Part shown: positions 21,498 to 32,258 of the stretch, piece by piece
Position numbering within the stretch: the stretch's first letter is position 1
Layout of the letters: each line of letters begins with the position of its first letter
Assembly: GCA_965223335.1 (NCBI GenBank)
Contig: OZ244991.1
Coordinates: 160,001-224,000, forward strand
Source: Thermodesulfobacteriota bacterium
Lineage (GTDB): Bacteria > Desulfobacterota_D > UBA1144 > Nemesobacterales > UBA2774
Reading direction: 5' to 3'
DNA: 64,000 bases
Notes under the pieces: model-generated
The model's database searches: none
What the model was told of the DNA's origin: nothing
What the model saw: the letters and a program-made list of their open reading frames with translations, nothing else
Program-made: the position numbers and the translations under genes

Positions 21498-23091
21498 TGA
21501 TGTAGTCAAAATATACGATGTAACACTCCGTGACGGTACACAGGGAGAGAGTGTATCGTTTTCGATACACGATAAGATTCGTATAGCGTCTAAGCTGGAC
21601 GAACTGGGTGTGCACTATATCGAAGGCGGGTGGCCCGGGTCAAACGACCGGGACGCAGGATTCTTTGAGGAAGCCAAGAAACTAAAACTCAAAACATCCA
21701 AGATATCAGCATTCGGGAGCACTAGGAGAGCCAAGAAATCGTGTGACGACGACGAGAGCATACAGGCACTGCTCTCAGCCGAGACCCCAGCGGTAACCAT
21801 CGTGGGCAAGAGCTGGGACTTCCACGTGAATGAGGCTCTTAGGATCTCGCTCGATGAAAACCTTGATATTATCCAGGACTCAATCAGATACCTAAAAGAA
21901 AGGGTGGACGAAGTATTTTTTGACGCTGAGCATTTCTTCGACGGATATAAAAATAACCCCGTCCACGCCCTGGAAGCCATAAAGGCTGCATATGACGCAG
22001 GCACCGATGTGATTGTGCTTTGCGACACAAACGGCGGCACATTACCCTGGGAAGTAGAGTCCATTGTGCGCGAGGTCAACTCCAAGTTGGACAACCCCCC
22101 TCTCGGCATACACACACATAACGACAGCGAGGTGGGTGTTGCTAACACTCTTTATGCTGTGCGCGAGGGCGTGCGCCAAGTGCAGGGAACCATTAACGGC
22201 TACGGCGAGCGCTGCGGTAATGCAAACCTGTGCTCGATCATCCCCAACCTGAAACTCAAGCTCGACATGGAGTGCATAGAGGACAAAAACCTAAAACGAC
22301 TCTACGACGTCTCACACTTTATACACGAACTCACCAACCTGCCCCCCATCAAACACAGACCGTTTGTGGGCGAGAGCGCATTTGCTCATAAAGGCGGGAT
22401 ACATGTGAGTGCAGTAATGAAAAACTCAGAGACCTACGAACACATAGAGCCTGACATTGTGGGCAACCACAGGCGCGTGCTTGTGTCTGACCTCTCTGGC
22501 CGCAGCAACATACTGTATAAGGCTAACGAGTTGGGAATAGACCTAGACCCTAAAGACGAACGAATAGTTAATGTACTCGAAGAACTGAAAACACTAGAGA
22601 ACGAAGGGTATGAGTTTGAGGGTGCAGATGCATCGTTCGAACTACTGGTGCGTAAGGCGCTTGGTGAATATAGAAAACCGTTTTTCCTACTCGGCGCCAG
22701 GACAATTACCGAGAAGCGAACCGATGACGATGTACCTGTTACGGAAGCCACACTTATCATTCAGGTAGACGGTATACAAGAACACACGGCAGCTATAGGC
22801 AACGGGCCCGTAAATGCGCTTGACAGAGCACTCAGAAAAGCTCTCGAGAAATTCTACCCTGCACTAAAAGAGGTCAAGTTAAAGGACTACCGCGTGAGGG
22901 TCGTGTCCTCGACCCAGGGCACAGACTCGAGGGTGCGTGTGCTCATAGAGTCTGGGGACGGTGACAGCGATTGGAGCACAGTAGGTGTGTCGGAAAACAT
23001 TGTGGAAGCAAGCTGGAAAGCCCTTACAGATAGTATTGATTATAAGCTTCTAAAAGACGAGGCGAAAAGAGCCGAAGAGGCCAGGGGCTAA
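21490..23091 (+). CDS. cimA: Citramalate synthase (LeuA/CimA family)
   Basis: [49 protein letters not shown]; follows lysC. Confidence 0.88.
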   Translation: MSSDVVKIYDVTLRDGTQGESVSFSIHDKIRIASKLDELGVHYIEGGWPGSNDRDAGFFEEAKKLKLKTSKISAFGSTRRAKKSCDDDESIQALLSAETPAVTIVGKSWDFHVNEALRISLDENLDIIQDSIRYLKERVDEVFFDAEHFFDGYKNNPVHALEAIKAAYDAGTDVIVLCDTNGGTLPWEVESIVREVNSKLDNPPLGIHTHNDSEVGVANTLYAVREGVRQVQGTINGYGERCGNANLCSIIPNLKLKLDMECIEDKNLKRLYDVSHFIHELTNLPPIKHRPFVGESAFAHKGGIHVSAVMKNSETYEHIEPDIVGNHRRVLVSDLSGRSNILYKANELGIDLDPKDERIVNVLEELKTLENEGYEFEGADASFELLVRKALGEYRKPFFLLGARTITEKRTDDDVPVTEATLIIQVDGIQEHTAAIGNGPVNALDRALRKALEKFYPALKEVKLKDYRVRVVSSTQGTDSRVRVLIESGDGDSDWSTVGVSENIVEASWKALTDSIDYKLLKDEAKRAEEARG

Positions 23092-24227
23092 TCCCCCTGC
23101 TCCGAGTATCTACTCTCTTGCCCGCGACATATCATCTTGATTTTATCCCAGTCATAGTCCTCTAAACTTACGGTATATTCGGGCTTGTTCTGCTCAATCA
23201 TTCTTTCTAAACTCTTTATCCTATCCGCAGTCCTTGGATGCGTAGACAGGTAGTCAATATCAAACTCATATTTGCCGTACTCGTTTTGTATAATTTTAAA
23301 GAAATCGACCATCCCCGTGGGATCAATCCGAGCTTTTCGGATCAGTACTAAGCCCTGGGTATCGGCAGTGACTTCGTCCTTACGCGTATAGCCCAACACA
23401 CCCAGCAACCCCGCCATATCGATCACGTTACCTAACCCCTGGCTGTCTCCGGTGATTGCAGCCACCAGCAGGTCTATTGTGTAGCCACGGAAAAGCGATT
23501 TCATCCCGTGGCGATGCTCTACATGCTGCACCTCATGAGCTAGCACACCTAAAAGCTCCTCGGGCCTCTTGGTTTTTTCCAAAAGCCCCTGGTACACCAC
23601 TACGTATCCCCCAGGCAGCGCAAACGCATTTATCATACTCCCTTGGGCAACTGTGAGTGTGTATTTGTAGCGCGAGTCGTCCAACTCATCTGTAAGAAGT
23701 GCTAGCAGGCCTTCTAACTTGGCCTTTCTCTCTTTGTCATTGCATTCATCCGACAGGCTGACCAATTGATCAACATACGACTCCCCAATCATCTCTTCCC
23801 ACTCAACCGGCACGTTCATAGCGGCACGGTCCGAAACAAACGGTACTATCCAAAAATAAAGTATCGGAATAATAATCATTGACCCAACAAGTGCGACTGC
23901 CGCTAAAACAAATAGCTTAGATCTACTAATATGCTTTTTAAAGTTTTTATTGAAATCAGGGGCTATGTGCTTTAATGAATCAATTATATCGTCATTCTTA
24001 AATACTAGAGCCTCTAGGGAATCTCGACCGTTTTGAAGATATACAGGTTCACCTACATGGAATCCCTGTGTCTGTACAATTTCCGAGTAGTTCCAAACTA
24101 TAGGAGAGCTGTCTTTGCGTATGATCTGGAGTGAATCGAACTGCAGAACTACCTTTACCTCTTCCCGTGCGGCAGTCTTGCCGTCATAAAAGCTTCCGAC
24201 CCAGTTGGTCTTGATACTGTCACTCAT
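23088..24227 (-). CDS. M48 family metallopeptidase with N-terminal PH-like domain and TM anchor
   Basis: [13 protein letters not shown] (HExxH), E..AD..G, YLSTHP. Confidence 0.9.
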   Translation of the reverse strand: MSDSIKTNWVGSFYDGKTAAREEVKVVLQFDSLQIIRKDSSPIVWNYSEIVQTQGFHVGEPVYLQNGRDSLEALVFKNDDIIDSLKHIAPDFNKNFKKHISRSKLFVLAAVALVGSMIIIPILYFWIVPFVSDRAAMNVPVEWEEMIGESYVDQLVSLSDECNDKERKAKLEGLLALLTDELDDSRYKYTLTVAQGSMINAFALPGGYVVVYQGLLEKTKRPEELLGVLAHEVQHVEHRHGMKSLFRGYTIDLLVAAITGDSQGLGNVIDMAGLLGVLGYTRKDEVTADTQGLVLIRKARIDPTGMVDFFKIIQNEYGKYEFDIDYLSTHPRTADRIKSLERMIEQNKPEYTVSLEDYDWDKIKMICRGQESRYSEQGD

Positions 24228-24240
24228 GACTTAGCCGTAT

Positions 24241-25230
24241 TTATATACCTAGGTTCATACCTAAAACATCTATATCCAAGATATCCGTTATCCCCTCACC
24301 CGTTGCCGACACATCTTTTGCTTCCTGCACAATCTCATCCAGATTGAGCTCTCCATCAAGGTATAGGTTGTCCAATACAAAATTAATATTGCGCACGCTA
24401 ACCCATGGCCACCCTAAACCCAATGTGAATAAGTAGATAAGCAAGTTTCCTAACTTAAGTGTAAACAGTTCCGTACCTTGTACAGTCGACCTGAAAGTAG
24501 CACCCTTAAAATGAGTGTGCGACCAGTAGTATCTGTACCTCCATGCGCTGAACCAAAACCAGTATATACCGAGCGTAAAAATACTGAGTATGATAGCAAT
24601 TATAAAATTCTTTACTATATCTGTCCCTTCCCCGTCAAACTCGAACTTTTCGTTACCATAGTATGAGTTCTCTACCAAATACTTCCTCATGTTGTTATGG
24701 AAATAGGGATAATAAATCCAGAATGTCAGTACAGATAAAATAAGCCCGGGTACATAGAGGCGTAAGAATTCTTTAGGGCGTCCTCTGAATGAGAAACGGA
24801 TGCCTCTAAGGGATGTACGGCTTAACCTATACCTCTGTGAATAGACCATACCTATGGGCATAAATATCAGGAAAAACAGGAATATCATCATATCACCTAT
24901 CGTTTTATTCCACATGCTCTTAGATACCAAGTCCAGCAGTATCGGCAATCCAATCAAACCACCTAAGACAACTGCCGCGATCAACCATCCCCTAAGCAGT
25001 TCTCCACCTGTACCGTGATACCCGAATCTATCGTCTTCAAAAGCAGTTTGGTGATACATGTAGTTCCTGATCCTCACCTTACCCCAGAAGTAGAAAACCC
25101 CTAATGTCACTAAAATAAGAAAAAGGTTATAGATGAAAATGCCAAACAAGGTACCGCTATCACCCATAAATTTGAACTCATGGGTTTTGAAATCCGAGCT
25201 TTCAACGCCCCGCTCTAGGCTTGCATCCAT
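24241..25230 (-). CDS. YjgN/DUF898 family membrane protein
   Basis: Repeated LTLGIY.FW units, RF.YHGTGGEL; usual partner of the M48 gene. Start at ATG 25230 (GGAG SD) preferred over 25266. Confidence 0.85.
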   Translation of the reverse strand: MDASLERGVESSDFKTHEFKFMGDSGTLFGIFIYNLFLILVTLGVFYFWGKVRIRNYMYHQTAFEDDRFGYHGTGGELLRGWLIAAVVLGGLIGLPILLDLVSKSMWNKTIGDMMIFLFFLIFMPIGMVYSQRYRLSRTSLRGIRFSFRGRPKEFLRLYVPGLILSVLTFWIYYPYFHNNMRKYLVENSYYGNEKFEFDGEGTDIVKNFIIAIILSIFTLGIYWFWFSAWRYRYYWSHTHFKGATFRSTVQGTELFTLKLGNLLIYLFTLGLGWPWVSVRNINFVLDNLYLDGELNLDEIVQEAKDVSATGEGITDILDIDVLGMNLGI

Positions 25231-25425
25231 ATCCGCACACTCCCATTTCTCACCAACACTAATCAAACAGTTAATTAATCAATTATAGTCCCAAACTCTC
25301 TCGACGGTTAAATCTATTGATCCTTAACTACCATGATATTATCGATTAGAAAGAAAATAAAGCAGCAAATTTAAACGAGCAGAAACTCGGTATATTTGGC
25401 TATTAAGCATTGGAGTAGGAAAGTA

Positions 25426-27039
25426 TTATAGAAACTCCAATAATGCATCTAACGCATCATTAATAACATCGTCGGGGTACTCGCTCATTAGTGAGATCTG
25501 TATCCAGTTACGCTCCACAAGATAGTTGCTTCTGTAACTCAACAGATAGCCCCGTGCATCGAGCCTCTCCCCTATCTCAAGTGAGACATGATGCTCGGGC
25601 AACTCAAATGTGATTAATGGTGTAGGTGGGTGGGCGTTCCGAGTAACAAGCTTTAGCCCGCTTTGCTCCAATGTCTCCCGGAGCCAAACAGACTGGTTTC
25701 GGATCTTAGTGAATTTCGTATAAGTATCCAGGCTCTGCAACGCAGCATTTAGAGCATAGAGCTGGTTAGAAGACATTGTAAATGGAACCCCGCCCGATCC
25801 TGCGTAGTATGCGAGGTCCATGTATTTCGGGATGTGGCTATTATTATGTGGTTTTATGTCGTGGTTATAAAAAACAAAGCTCAATCCGGGGTAAGAGCGA
25901 AGCCCCTTGCCGCTTGAGCCGGTTGCAAAATACACACCGTTAAGATCAACCTCTACATTACCCAGCGAACTGATGCAATCGACTACGGGCTTTACACCCC
26001 TATGCGATGCAATGCGCTTAAGTGATTCTAAATCGTTTAGTACCCCGGTAGAGGTCTCGAGTTGGACAAACCAAACCCATGCTATATCGGGGTTAGTATC
26101 GATTATGGATTCAATCTCACTTGGTTCAAATACCTCACCCCAATCCACTCGATATGTTTCGAATTCAAGCCCGGTTCTCGTGGCTTGATCCAAAAGACGT
26201 TCTCCAAACTCGCCGTTACTAAGTATCAAGCCTCCTTTATCCATCACACACAGTTGTGCGGCAACCACATCGTTTGCTACCGTGCCCGCGCCCGAGATAA
26301 TTTGGACATGCGAGGTGCCAACTAAAGAGTTCAGTAGGCGGCAGGTCTGGTCATAATTTTTCAAAAAATCCTCCGAGCGGTGCGATACAGGGTCAAGCTC
26401 AAACTCCCTCTTTACCTCGGGCTTAATAACCACAGGGCCCGGAAGCAGGTTAATCGGCTCGCTCAACACACCGTTACCGGAGGTCCTCAAGAATTTGGTA
26501 TCCTGCTTTAGCTTTGAGTATGAATCGGGTGTGAGGTACATGGGCTGGAACATTGCACCATTACTTCCCACAAGGGATCCGAACTCCATAAACCCCAGTT
26601 TCTTATATAGCTTCAACTGAGTGACAGTTGCAGAGATCAAAGCAAGATCATAACCCGACTCTTCACAGTACTTTGCAAGTTTACGAAACAACCCCTGCAA
26701 TACGAGCCTGCTCCTCCTCGATTTAGAAATCGAGAGCAGCCTTATCTCGCAAGCATTTGTATAGGGTGGTAGGTAATCATCTAGAGAATCGAGTTTTGAG
26801 TCGAGCGAAAACGGGCGCTTGTCTCTAACTGCTATCATTCCGTTTAAACACCTACCCTCTGCACATATGATATAGGTGTTCTCGCTATGGAACTTGTCTA
26901 TCAGCGTTCGGTCATGATTTCGGCCGTGTTGAGGTATCTCTTCCACAAACGTTTGATAGTTTAGTTTATGGATTTCCTCAAATTCCCATTTTTCCGTGGC
27001 GATCTTAAAATCCATACTACTCTTATAAACTGTAGTCAT
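25426..27039 (-). CDS. Fusion: GNAT/N-acyl-amino-acid-synthase-like domain + class V PLP-dependent aminotransferase
   Basis: N-terminal EEIHKLNYQTFVEEIPQH..., RPFSLD, CEIRLLSI. From about residue 196: LLPGP, SHRS, NGEFGERL, ETSTG, DCISS, PLP-lysine SSGKGL. Confidence 0.8.
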   Translation of the reverse strand: MTTVYKSSMDFKIATEKWEFEEIHKLNYQTFVEEIPQHGRNHDRTLIDKFHSENTYIICAEGRCLNGMIAVRDKRPFSLDSKLDSLDDYLPPYTNACEIRLLSISKSRRSRLVLQGLFRKLAKYCEESGYDLALISATVTQLKLYKKLGFMEFGSLVGSNGAMFQPMYLTPDSYSKLKQDTKFLRTSGNGVLSEPINLLPGPVVIKPEVKREFELDPVSHRSEDFLKNYDQTCRLLNSLVGTSHVQIISGAGTVANDVVAAQLCVMDKGGLILSNGEFGERLLDQATRTGLEFETYRVDWGEVFEPSEIESIIDTNPDIAWVWFVQLETSTGVLNDLESLKRIASHRGVKPVVDCISSLGNVEVDLNGVYFATGSSGKGLRSYPGLSFVFYNHDIKPHNNSHIPKYMDLAYYAGSGGVPFTMSSNQLYALNAALQSLDTYTKFTKIRNQSVWLRETLEQSGLKLVTRNAHPPTPLITFELPEHHVSLEIGERLDARGYLLSYRSNYLVERNWIQISLMSEYPDDVINDALDALLEFL

Positions 27040-27349
27040 ATGTGCTCAAATATTTGATCATAATAAATTTGATGCGTGTTAGGTTAAGGCTCACGACCGA
27101 AGAATCAAGAAAATCACTGAAACATCATGCCCTAAATAATCATTATATAGAATATCGAAATTAACCTCATATTATCACTATATCTGAACAATTACCGTTA
27201 TTTCAATAATTTTTACCACAGGAATCAATACAACTAGCATGTTCCTACAAAATACGTCCGTGTTGACGTTTTTTGTTCAACCAATGTCATGAGCAACATT
27301 TTGCGCAACAAATATTGCTAATGGTTGCTATCGGTTACAAAACATTCAC

Positions 27350-27366
27350 TTGGCATAAACATTGCA
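27350..27366 (+). promoter_or_regulatory. sigma54 (-24/-12) promoter upstream of the hybrid kinase
   Basis: TTGGCATAAACATTGCA: GG and GC separated by exactly 10 nt, matching TGGCAC-N5-TTGC; about 110 nt before ATG 27475. Confidence 0.8.
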
Positions 27367-27474
27367 ATATTTACAATTGAAATTGAAAAACAAATTGGAT
27401 CCACGATTTTAAGGGATGCAATTGTAAATAAATTTTTTAAGCTTATAATATAGTGAGTGATGGGAGTGTAGAAA

Positions 27475-30400
27475 ATGTCTCAAGCTAAAATACTCGTGGT
27501 AGAAGACCAGGACCAGCTCGCCACATATATAAAATTTTCGCTAAAGAGTTTCGGGTATGATGTGCCTGAAACTGCTTCGACAGGTGAACAGGCCGTAACG
27601 CTTGCCGACGAGATCAAACCCGACCTGATATTAATGGATATTATCCTTTCGGGCGACATTGACGGAATTGAGGCATCAAAAAGAATTAGAGCACAAAATG
27701 ATATACCCATTATCTATCTCACCGGACATAACGATAAGAGTATTATAGAAAAAGCACGCACCACCCATCCTTACGGATTTTTGATTAAGCCGTTTAAAAA
27801 AGCCGAACTCCAGACAACCATAGAGATTGCATTATACAAACACAAAGCTGAGCTCAATATTCGCGAGTCCGAGAAATGGTTAAACACAACAATTAACGGC
27901 ATAAGCAAAGCTGTGATAGTTACCAACAACCAGGGAATCATTGAGCACACTAATCCCATAGCCGATTACCTAACCGGTTGGAAGCAGTACGAGGCTAAAG
28001 GCAAACACATAACCGAGGTACTAAAACTTATAGACGCAGATGAACAAACTCCAATAGATAACCCGGTACTGCAAGCAATTGAGACCGAAGAGGTGGTGGA
28101 ATCCACAACCCAACACCTGTTGGTCAGCAAGAACCAAACCAAGACCCCGATCTATCACTATGTACGTCCAAACAAAGATATAAGCGGTAAAACGTGTGGA
28201 GCACTACTTGTACTCGAGCAGGAAATCACTAAAGAATCCGCAAACGGTAGTGCCGGCAAAGAAACAACAATACCTACAAGCTCCGATACTACTGAGGTAT
28301 GGCAAAACGACCACGCTGACAAGGTAATCGACATCGGCAAGCACTCAAGTCCTACAGCCGACGCCGCCCCGCCGCAACATGACGAAGAGAGGTCAATTGC
28401 CGAAGAGAAATACAAACAAGAGATCACAGATCTGTTGGAAGCCAATAGATCACTTAAGGAAAAAAATGACGAACTCTTCAAACAGGTGGATCAACAAAAA
28501 GAAGAGCTCGCGATAATTACCAAAGACCTTCAGACCGAGGCCTCAACAAGAAAAAGCGTAGAAGATAAACTTGAGAACCTAAACGATCAAACCGACAACA
28601 TTATAAAAGAGAAAACCATTCAGCTTTTTAGGGCCAATATCGAGCTTCAGGAGGAGATAGAAAACCTTAAAAAAGGCAACACGGAACAGCAAAACGATGT
28701 TTCAGACGATACGTCAAAATTGAGTGAACCCGCAACTACAGTAGACCCTGAGAAGCTATCCGAACTGGTTCAGAAAAATAAAAATCTATTAATAGAGAAC
28801 CAAAAGCTCCAGTCTCTTCATTCCGAAAACAAAAACATCATTGATGCTTACGAAAAAAACTTCCAAGAGCTCATTAAAAAGAATAAGTATGATGAAATTA
28901 CAAGCTCCATCTATAAAACTATTTACGAGACTAAGTCTACCGAAAAGTTAATAGAGAAAACCGCTGAATTAATCATCACGAACATGGACTGTGTCGACCA
29001 CACTACTATTTACCTAGTAGACGACACTACAGCCAAACTAAAAGCAAGCGAGGGGCTTCCGGAACAAGACCTCTCAAAACTCGAGTTTATCGAGAGGCCG
29101 ATATCACATATTTGGAAAGCGATCCTTGCCAAAGAGTCTATTCACTGCGAGAACCTGAGCGAGGAAGACCCCCTTGAGCCCTACTCGCCAAACGCGGGTA
29201 TTAAAAGCTATGTCACCACCCCGATTAAGAACGAGACCGAGGTCATTGGGTGCATCAACATATACAGCATACAGGATGGCAATAATTTTGAAGAAGATGA
29301 AAAGAACCTGCTTGATATAATTGCACAACAGCTCGGCATGACGCTGTCTAATACCGAGATTAGCGGTGAGTTAAAAAAATCGGAAGAAAGATACCGCATA
29401 CTTTTCGACAAAGCTCCCATTGGGGTTTTTATCTATGACAGCGATCATAAAATTACACATTGCAATGAAAAGATGGCCAATATGCTAAGCAGCGTTTGTG
29501 ATAACGCATATGGGTTCAATCTCAAAACACTTAGAAACGACCAACTCACATCCGCTATGGACAGTGTGTTCTTGGGTGAGCCTGCTAAAACCGAGTTTCT
29601 TTTTGACGGCAACACCGAATCTCGTGAGACCTGGCTCTCTGTATCTCTATCCCCGCTCACTCAGAGCAATGACAGATCATCGTTCGGAATGGGAGTGGCC
29701 GAAGACATAACCGACCAAAAGAACTCAGAGGCAGTACTTATTGAAGAGAAAGAAATGCTGGATGCTACACTCAGATCCATAGGCGACGGTGTGTTCGTAA
29801 CCGATACCGAGGGTCATGTGATATCAATGAACAAAATTTCAGAGGAGTTCAGCGGATGGACCCAGGAAGAAGCTATAGGCAAGAAACTATCCGAAATATT
29901 TGTACTGGTTAACAAAGAATCGCGTAAAGTTTGCGAATCTCCCATAGACAGGGCATTGGAGCAAAATGATTCCGTAGGACTTGTAAAAGACACCGTACTC
30001 TTGTCGCGGGACGGGACTGAAAAATTCCTCTCCGCCAGCTGCTCGCCCGTAAGAAACAAAGACCAAATCACCGTCGGTACCATTTTAGTATTTAGAGAGA
30101 TTACCAACATCAAAAAGAGAGACGAAGAGCTGCTTAAGGCACAAAAACTCGAGTCTGTATCGGCACTCGCAAGTGGCGTAGCACACGACCTAAACAACAT
30201 TTTAACCGGTATCATGGGCAACCTTACACTGTCCAAGGTTTATGTGCAGGAAGACGAGGTAACATACAGCCGGATAGTGGAATCGGAAAAGGCTTGCTAC
30301 CAGGCTGCAGACCTCGCCAAACGCCTTATTTCTTTTGCCAATATCGAGTCACCTACAAAAAAGGTCATGTCAGATGTAGCAGAGCTTATAACATCTGCTG

Positions 30401-31320
30401 CCGAGTTAGCTACAAAGGGTTCAAATGTAATGTGTGAATTCTCGATTCCCGAAGACCTATGGTCAATAGAAGCTGATGAAAAACAGATAAATCAAGTTAT
30501 ATACAACCTGGTACAGAACGCTAAACAGGCCATGCCCGCAGGCGGTATTGTATATGTTTCAGTTGAGAACGAAGAGATTCAGGACGGTACATCCCGAAAC
30601 TTAGCTGATAGAAAATATATAAAGATAGAGGTAGCTGACACGGGCGAGGGTATTCCCAAGGAGCAAATCGAGAATATATTCGACCCCTATTTCAGCACAT
30701 CATCCAAACGCACTGGGCTTGGGTTAACAACATCGTTCACGATCGTAAAGAACCATGACGGGAAAATCGAGGTTGATTCAAAATTGGGAGAGGGCTCGGT
30801 GTTTAAGGTATATCTCCCTGCCGACGACGAGGTTGTCGTACTTACCGAAGAGACAACAGAAACCGACGTAGATATAATTACGCAAAGCTCATTTAGGGGA
30901 AGAATACTGCTAATGGACGACGATGCGGTGGTAAGAGAGACCGCAGGCGAGACGCTCGAGCTAATGGGTTACGAGGTTGAGTTTGCTAAAGACGGCATAG
31001 AAGCAATAGACATGTACGACAAAGCATACAAGGATGAAAACCTATACGATGTTGTAATACTCGATCTCACAGTATCGGGCGGGGCCGGGGCCAAAGACGC
31101 AATAGACAAGATCCTTGAGATCGACCCGGAAGCAAAAGCGCTTGTATCCAGCGGATACACTGAGGACCCTGTCATAACCAATTTTGCCGATTACGGGTTT
31201 AAGGGCTACATCAGCAAACCCTACAGCATAGAAGAACTATCGGACATAGTGAAAACTGCCATTAACAGTGGTGACAGTAGTAGTAGTGTGAACACAGAGG
31301 CATTTCAATTCAATCAGTAG
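27475..31320 (+). CDS. Cytoplasmic hybrid histidine kinase (REC-PAS-coiled coil-GAF-PAS-PAS-HisKA-HATPase-REC)
   Basis: N-terminal REC (ILVVED...LMDI...KP), PAS repeats (LTGW..EA.GK), GAF (IGCINI..F.EDE..LL), H-box AHDLNN, N/G boxes (DTGEGI, GLGL), C-terminal REC; no TM segment seen. Confidence 0.92.
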   Translation: MSQAKILVVEDQDQLATYIKFSLKSFGYDVPETASTGEQAVTLADEIKPDLILMDIILSGDIDGIEASKRIRAQNDIPIIYLTGHNDKSIIEKARTTHPYGFLIKPFKKAELQTTIEIALYKHKAELNIRESEKWLNTTINGISKAVIVTNNQGIIEHTNPIADYLTGWKQYEAKGKHITEVLKLIDADEQTPIDNPVLQAIETEEVVESTTQHLLVSKNQTKTPIYHYVRPNKDISGKTCGALLVLEQEITKESANGSAGKETTIPTSSDTTEVWQNDHADKVIDIGKHSSPTADAAPPQHDEERSIAEEKYKQEITDLLEANRSLKEKNDELFKQVDQQKEELAIITKDLQTEASTRKSVEDKLENLNDQTDNIIKEKTIQLFRANIELQEEIENLKKGNTEQQNDVSDDTSKLSEPATTVDPEKLSELVQKNKNLLIENQKLQSLHSENKNIIDAYEKNFQELIKKNKYDEITSSIYKTIYETKSTEKLIEKTAELIITNMDCVDHTTIYLVDDTTAKLKASEGLPEQDLSKLEFIERPISHIWKAILAKESIHCENLSEEDPLEPYSPNAGIKSYVTTPIKNETEVIGCINIYSIQDGNNFEEDEKNLLDIIAQQLGMTLSNTEISGELKKSEERYRILFDKAPIGVFIYDSDHKITHCNEKMANMLSSVCDNAYGFNLKTLRNDQLTSAMDSVFLGEPAKTEFLFDGNTESRETWLSVSLSPLTQSNDRSSFGMGVAEDITDQKNSEAVLIEEKEMLDATLRSIGDGVFVTDTEGHVISMNKISEEFSGWTQEEAIGKKLSEIFVLVNKESRKVCESPIDRALEQNDSVGLVKDTVLLSRDGTEKFLSASCSPVRNKDQITVGTILVFREITNIKKRDEELLKAQKLESVSALASGVAHDLNNILTGIMGNLTLSKVYVQEDEVTYSRIVESEKACYQAADLAKRLISFANIESPTKKVMSDVAELITSAAELATKGSNVMCEFSIPEDLWSIEADEKQINQVIYNLVQNAKQAMPAGGIVYVSVENEEIQDGTSRNLADRKYIKIEVADTGEGIPKEQIENIFDPYFSTSSKRTGLGLTTSFTIVKNHDGKIEVDSKLGEGSVFKVYLPADDEVVVLTEETTETDVDIITQSSFRGRILLMDDDAVVRETAGETLELMGYEVEFAKDGIEAIDMYDKAYKDENLYDVVILDLTVSGGAGAKDAIDKILEIDPEAKALVSSGYTEDPVITNFADYGFKGYISKPYSIEELSDIVKTAINSGDSSSSVNTEAFQFNQ

Positions 31321-31341
31321 TATCAATAATGAGTTCTGCGT

Positions 31342-32256
31342 CTACAATACAAAACGCTTGCCCTGATACGACTGTTTCCGTTCAAGCTCCCTCTGTATAC
31401 CCATTATAATTTCGTTGTGTCTTTGATCCCATTTAGGTGCTATCAATAGATCCTGCGGTGTATCGGTAAACAACCTTTCAATCACGATCTCGGGTGATAA
31501 GAGCTCAAGAAATTCTGTGATAAACTCCAAGTATTCCTCGTAAGAAAATAGTGGGAACGGCTGTTCCATATACATTCTGGCCAATGGGGTGTTTTTCACA
31601 ATATGAAGGTTGTGAATCTTAAAGTTGTCTATGCCAAGTGCGGAAACCTCGGTGGCCATCTCGAGCATCTCACTGCGCGTCTCGGTCGGCATACCCACTA
31701 TAACGTGGGCCCCGATCTCAATGTTTTTGTGCTTGGTGAGTCGGATTGCATCTACAACCGACTGGTAATCGTGCCCCCTGTTCATGAAGCTAAGCGTTTT
31801 ATCGTAAATAGACTCTATACCATATTCAACCGCCACATAATGATCCCTAGCCAAAGTTTGCAACAGGCCGATAATCTCCCCATTTACACAATCCGAGCGT
31901 GTACCTATGGCAAGCCCCACAACACTATCATGCCCGAGCGCTTCCCTGTACAATTTTTCCAGCCTTTCCACACTATCATAAGTACTCGTATACGCCTGGA
32001 AATAAACAATAAATTTCTTCGCATTATACCTATCCTTTAGGTACCGGACGCCATGTGTAATTTGCTCGCTCATCGTGTATCTGGCCCTCGCATATGGGGG
32101 AACGAAACTGTCGTTATTGCAATATATGCAGCCTCCCCTGGCCAGTGTGCCGTCACGGTTAGGGCACGTAAACCCCATATCAACCGACACCTTATGTACC
32201 CTGCAGCCAAATTTATTTTTTAGATAATCGCTGTATGAATTATAGCGTTTACTCAT
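31342..32256 (-). CDS. Radical SAM protein, YhcC/TIGR01212 family
   Basis: GFTCPNRDG...GGCIYC, YFQAYT, GTR.DC, NRGH; start likely ATG 32256. Confidence 0.88.
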   Translation of the reverse strand: MSKRYNSYSDYLKNKFGCRVHKVSVDMGFTCPNRDGTLARGGCIYCNNDSFVPPYARARYTMSEQITHGVRYLKDRYNAKKFIVYFQAYTSTYDSVERLEKLYREALGHDSVVGLAIGTRSDCVNGEIIGLLQTLARDHYVAVEYGIESIYDKTLSFMNRGHDYQSVVDAIRLTKHKNIEIGAHVIVGMPTETRSEMLEMATEVSALGIDNFKIHNLHIVKNTPLARMYMEQPFPLFSYEEYLEFITEFLELLSPEIVIERLFTDTPQDLLIAPKWDQRHNEIIMGIQRELERKQSYQGKRFVL

Positions 32257-32258
32257 GG

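Noticed and set aside
21490..23091. Citramalate route to isoleucine (cimA + ilvBNC)
   Set aside because: An established pathway in this kind of lineage, not novel
23088..25230. DUF898 + M48 peptidase pair as a novel system
   Set aside because: A widespread, well-known gene pairing with no unusual feature seen here
31266..31290. Short AGT triplet repeat
   Set aside because: Encodes a Ser-rich kinase tail; in frame and too short to suggest phase variation
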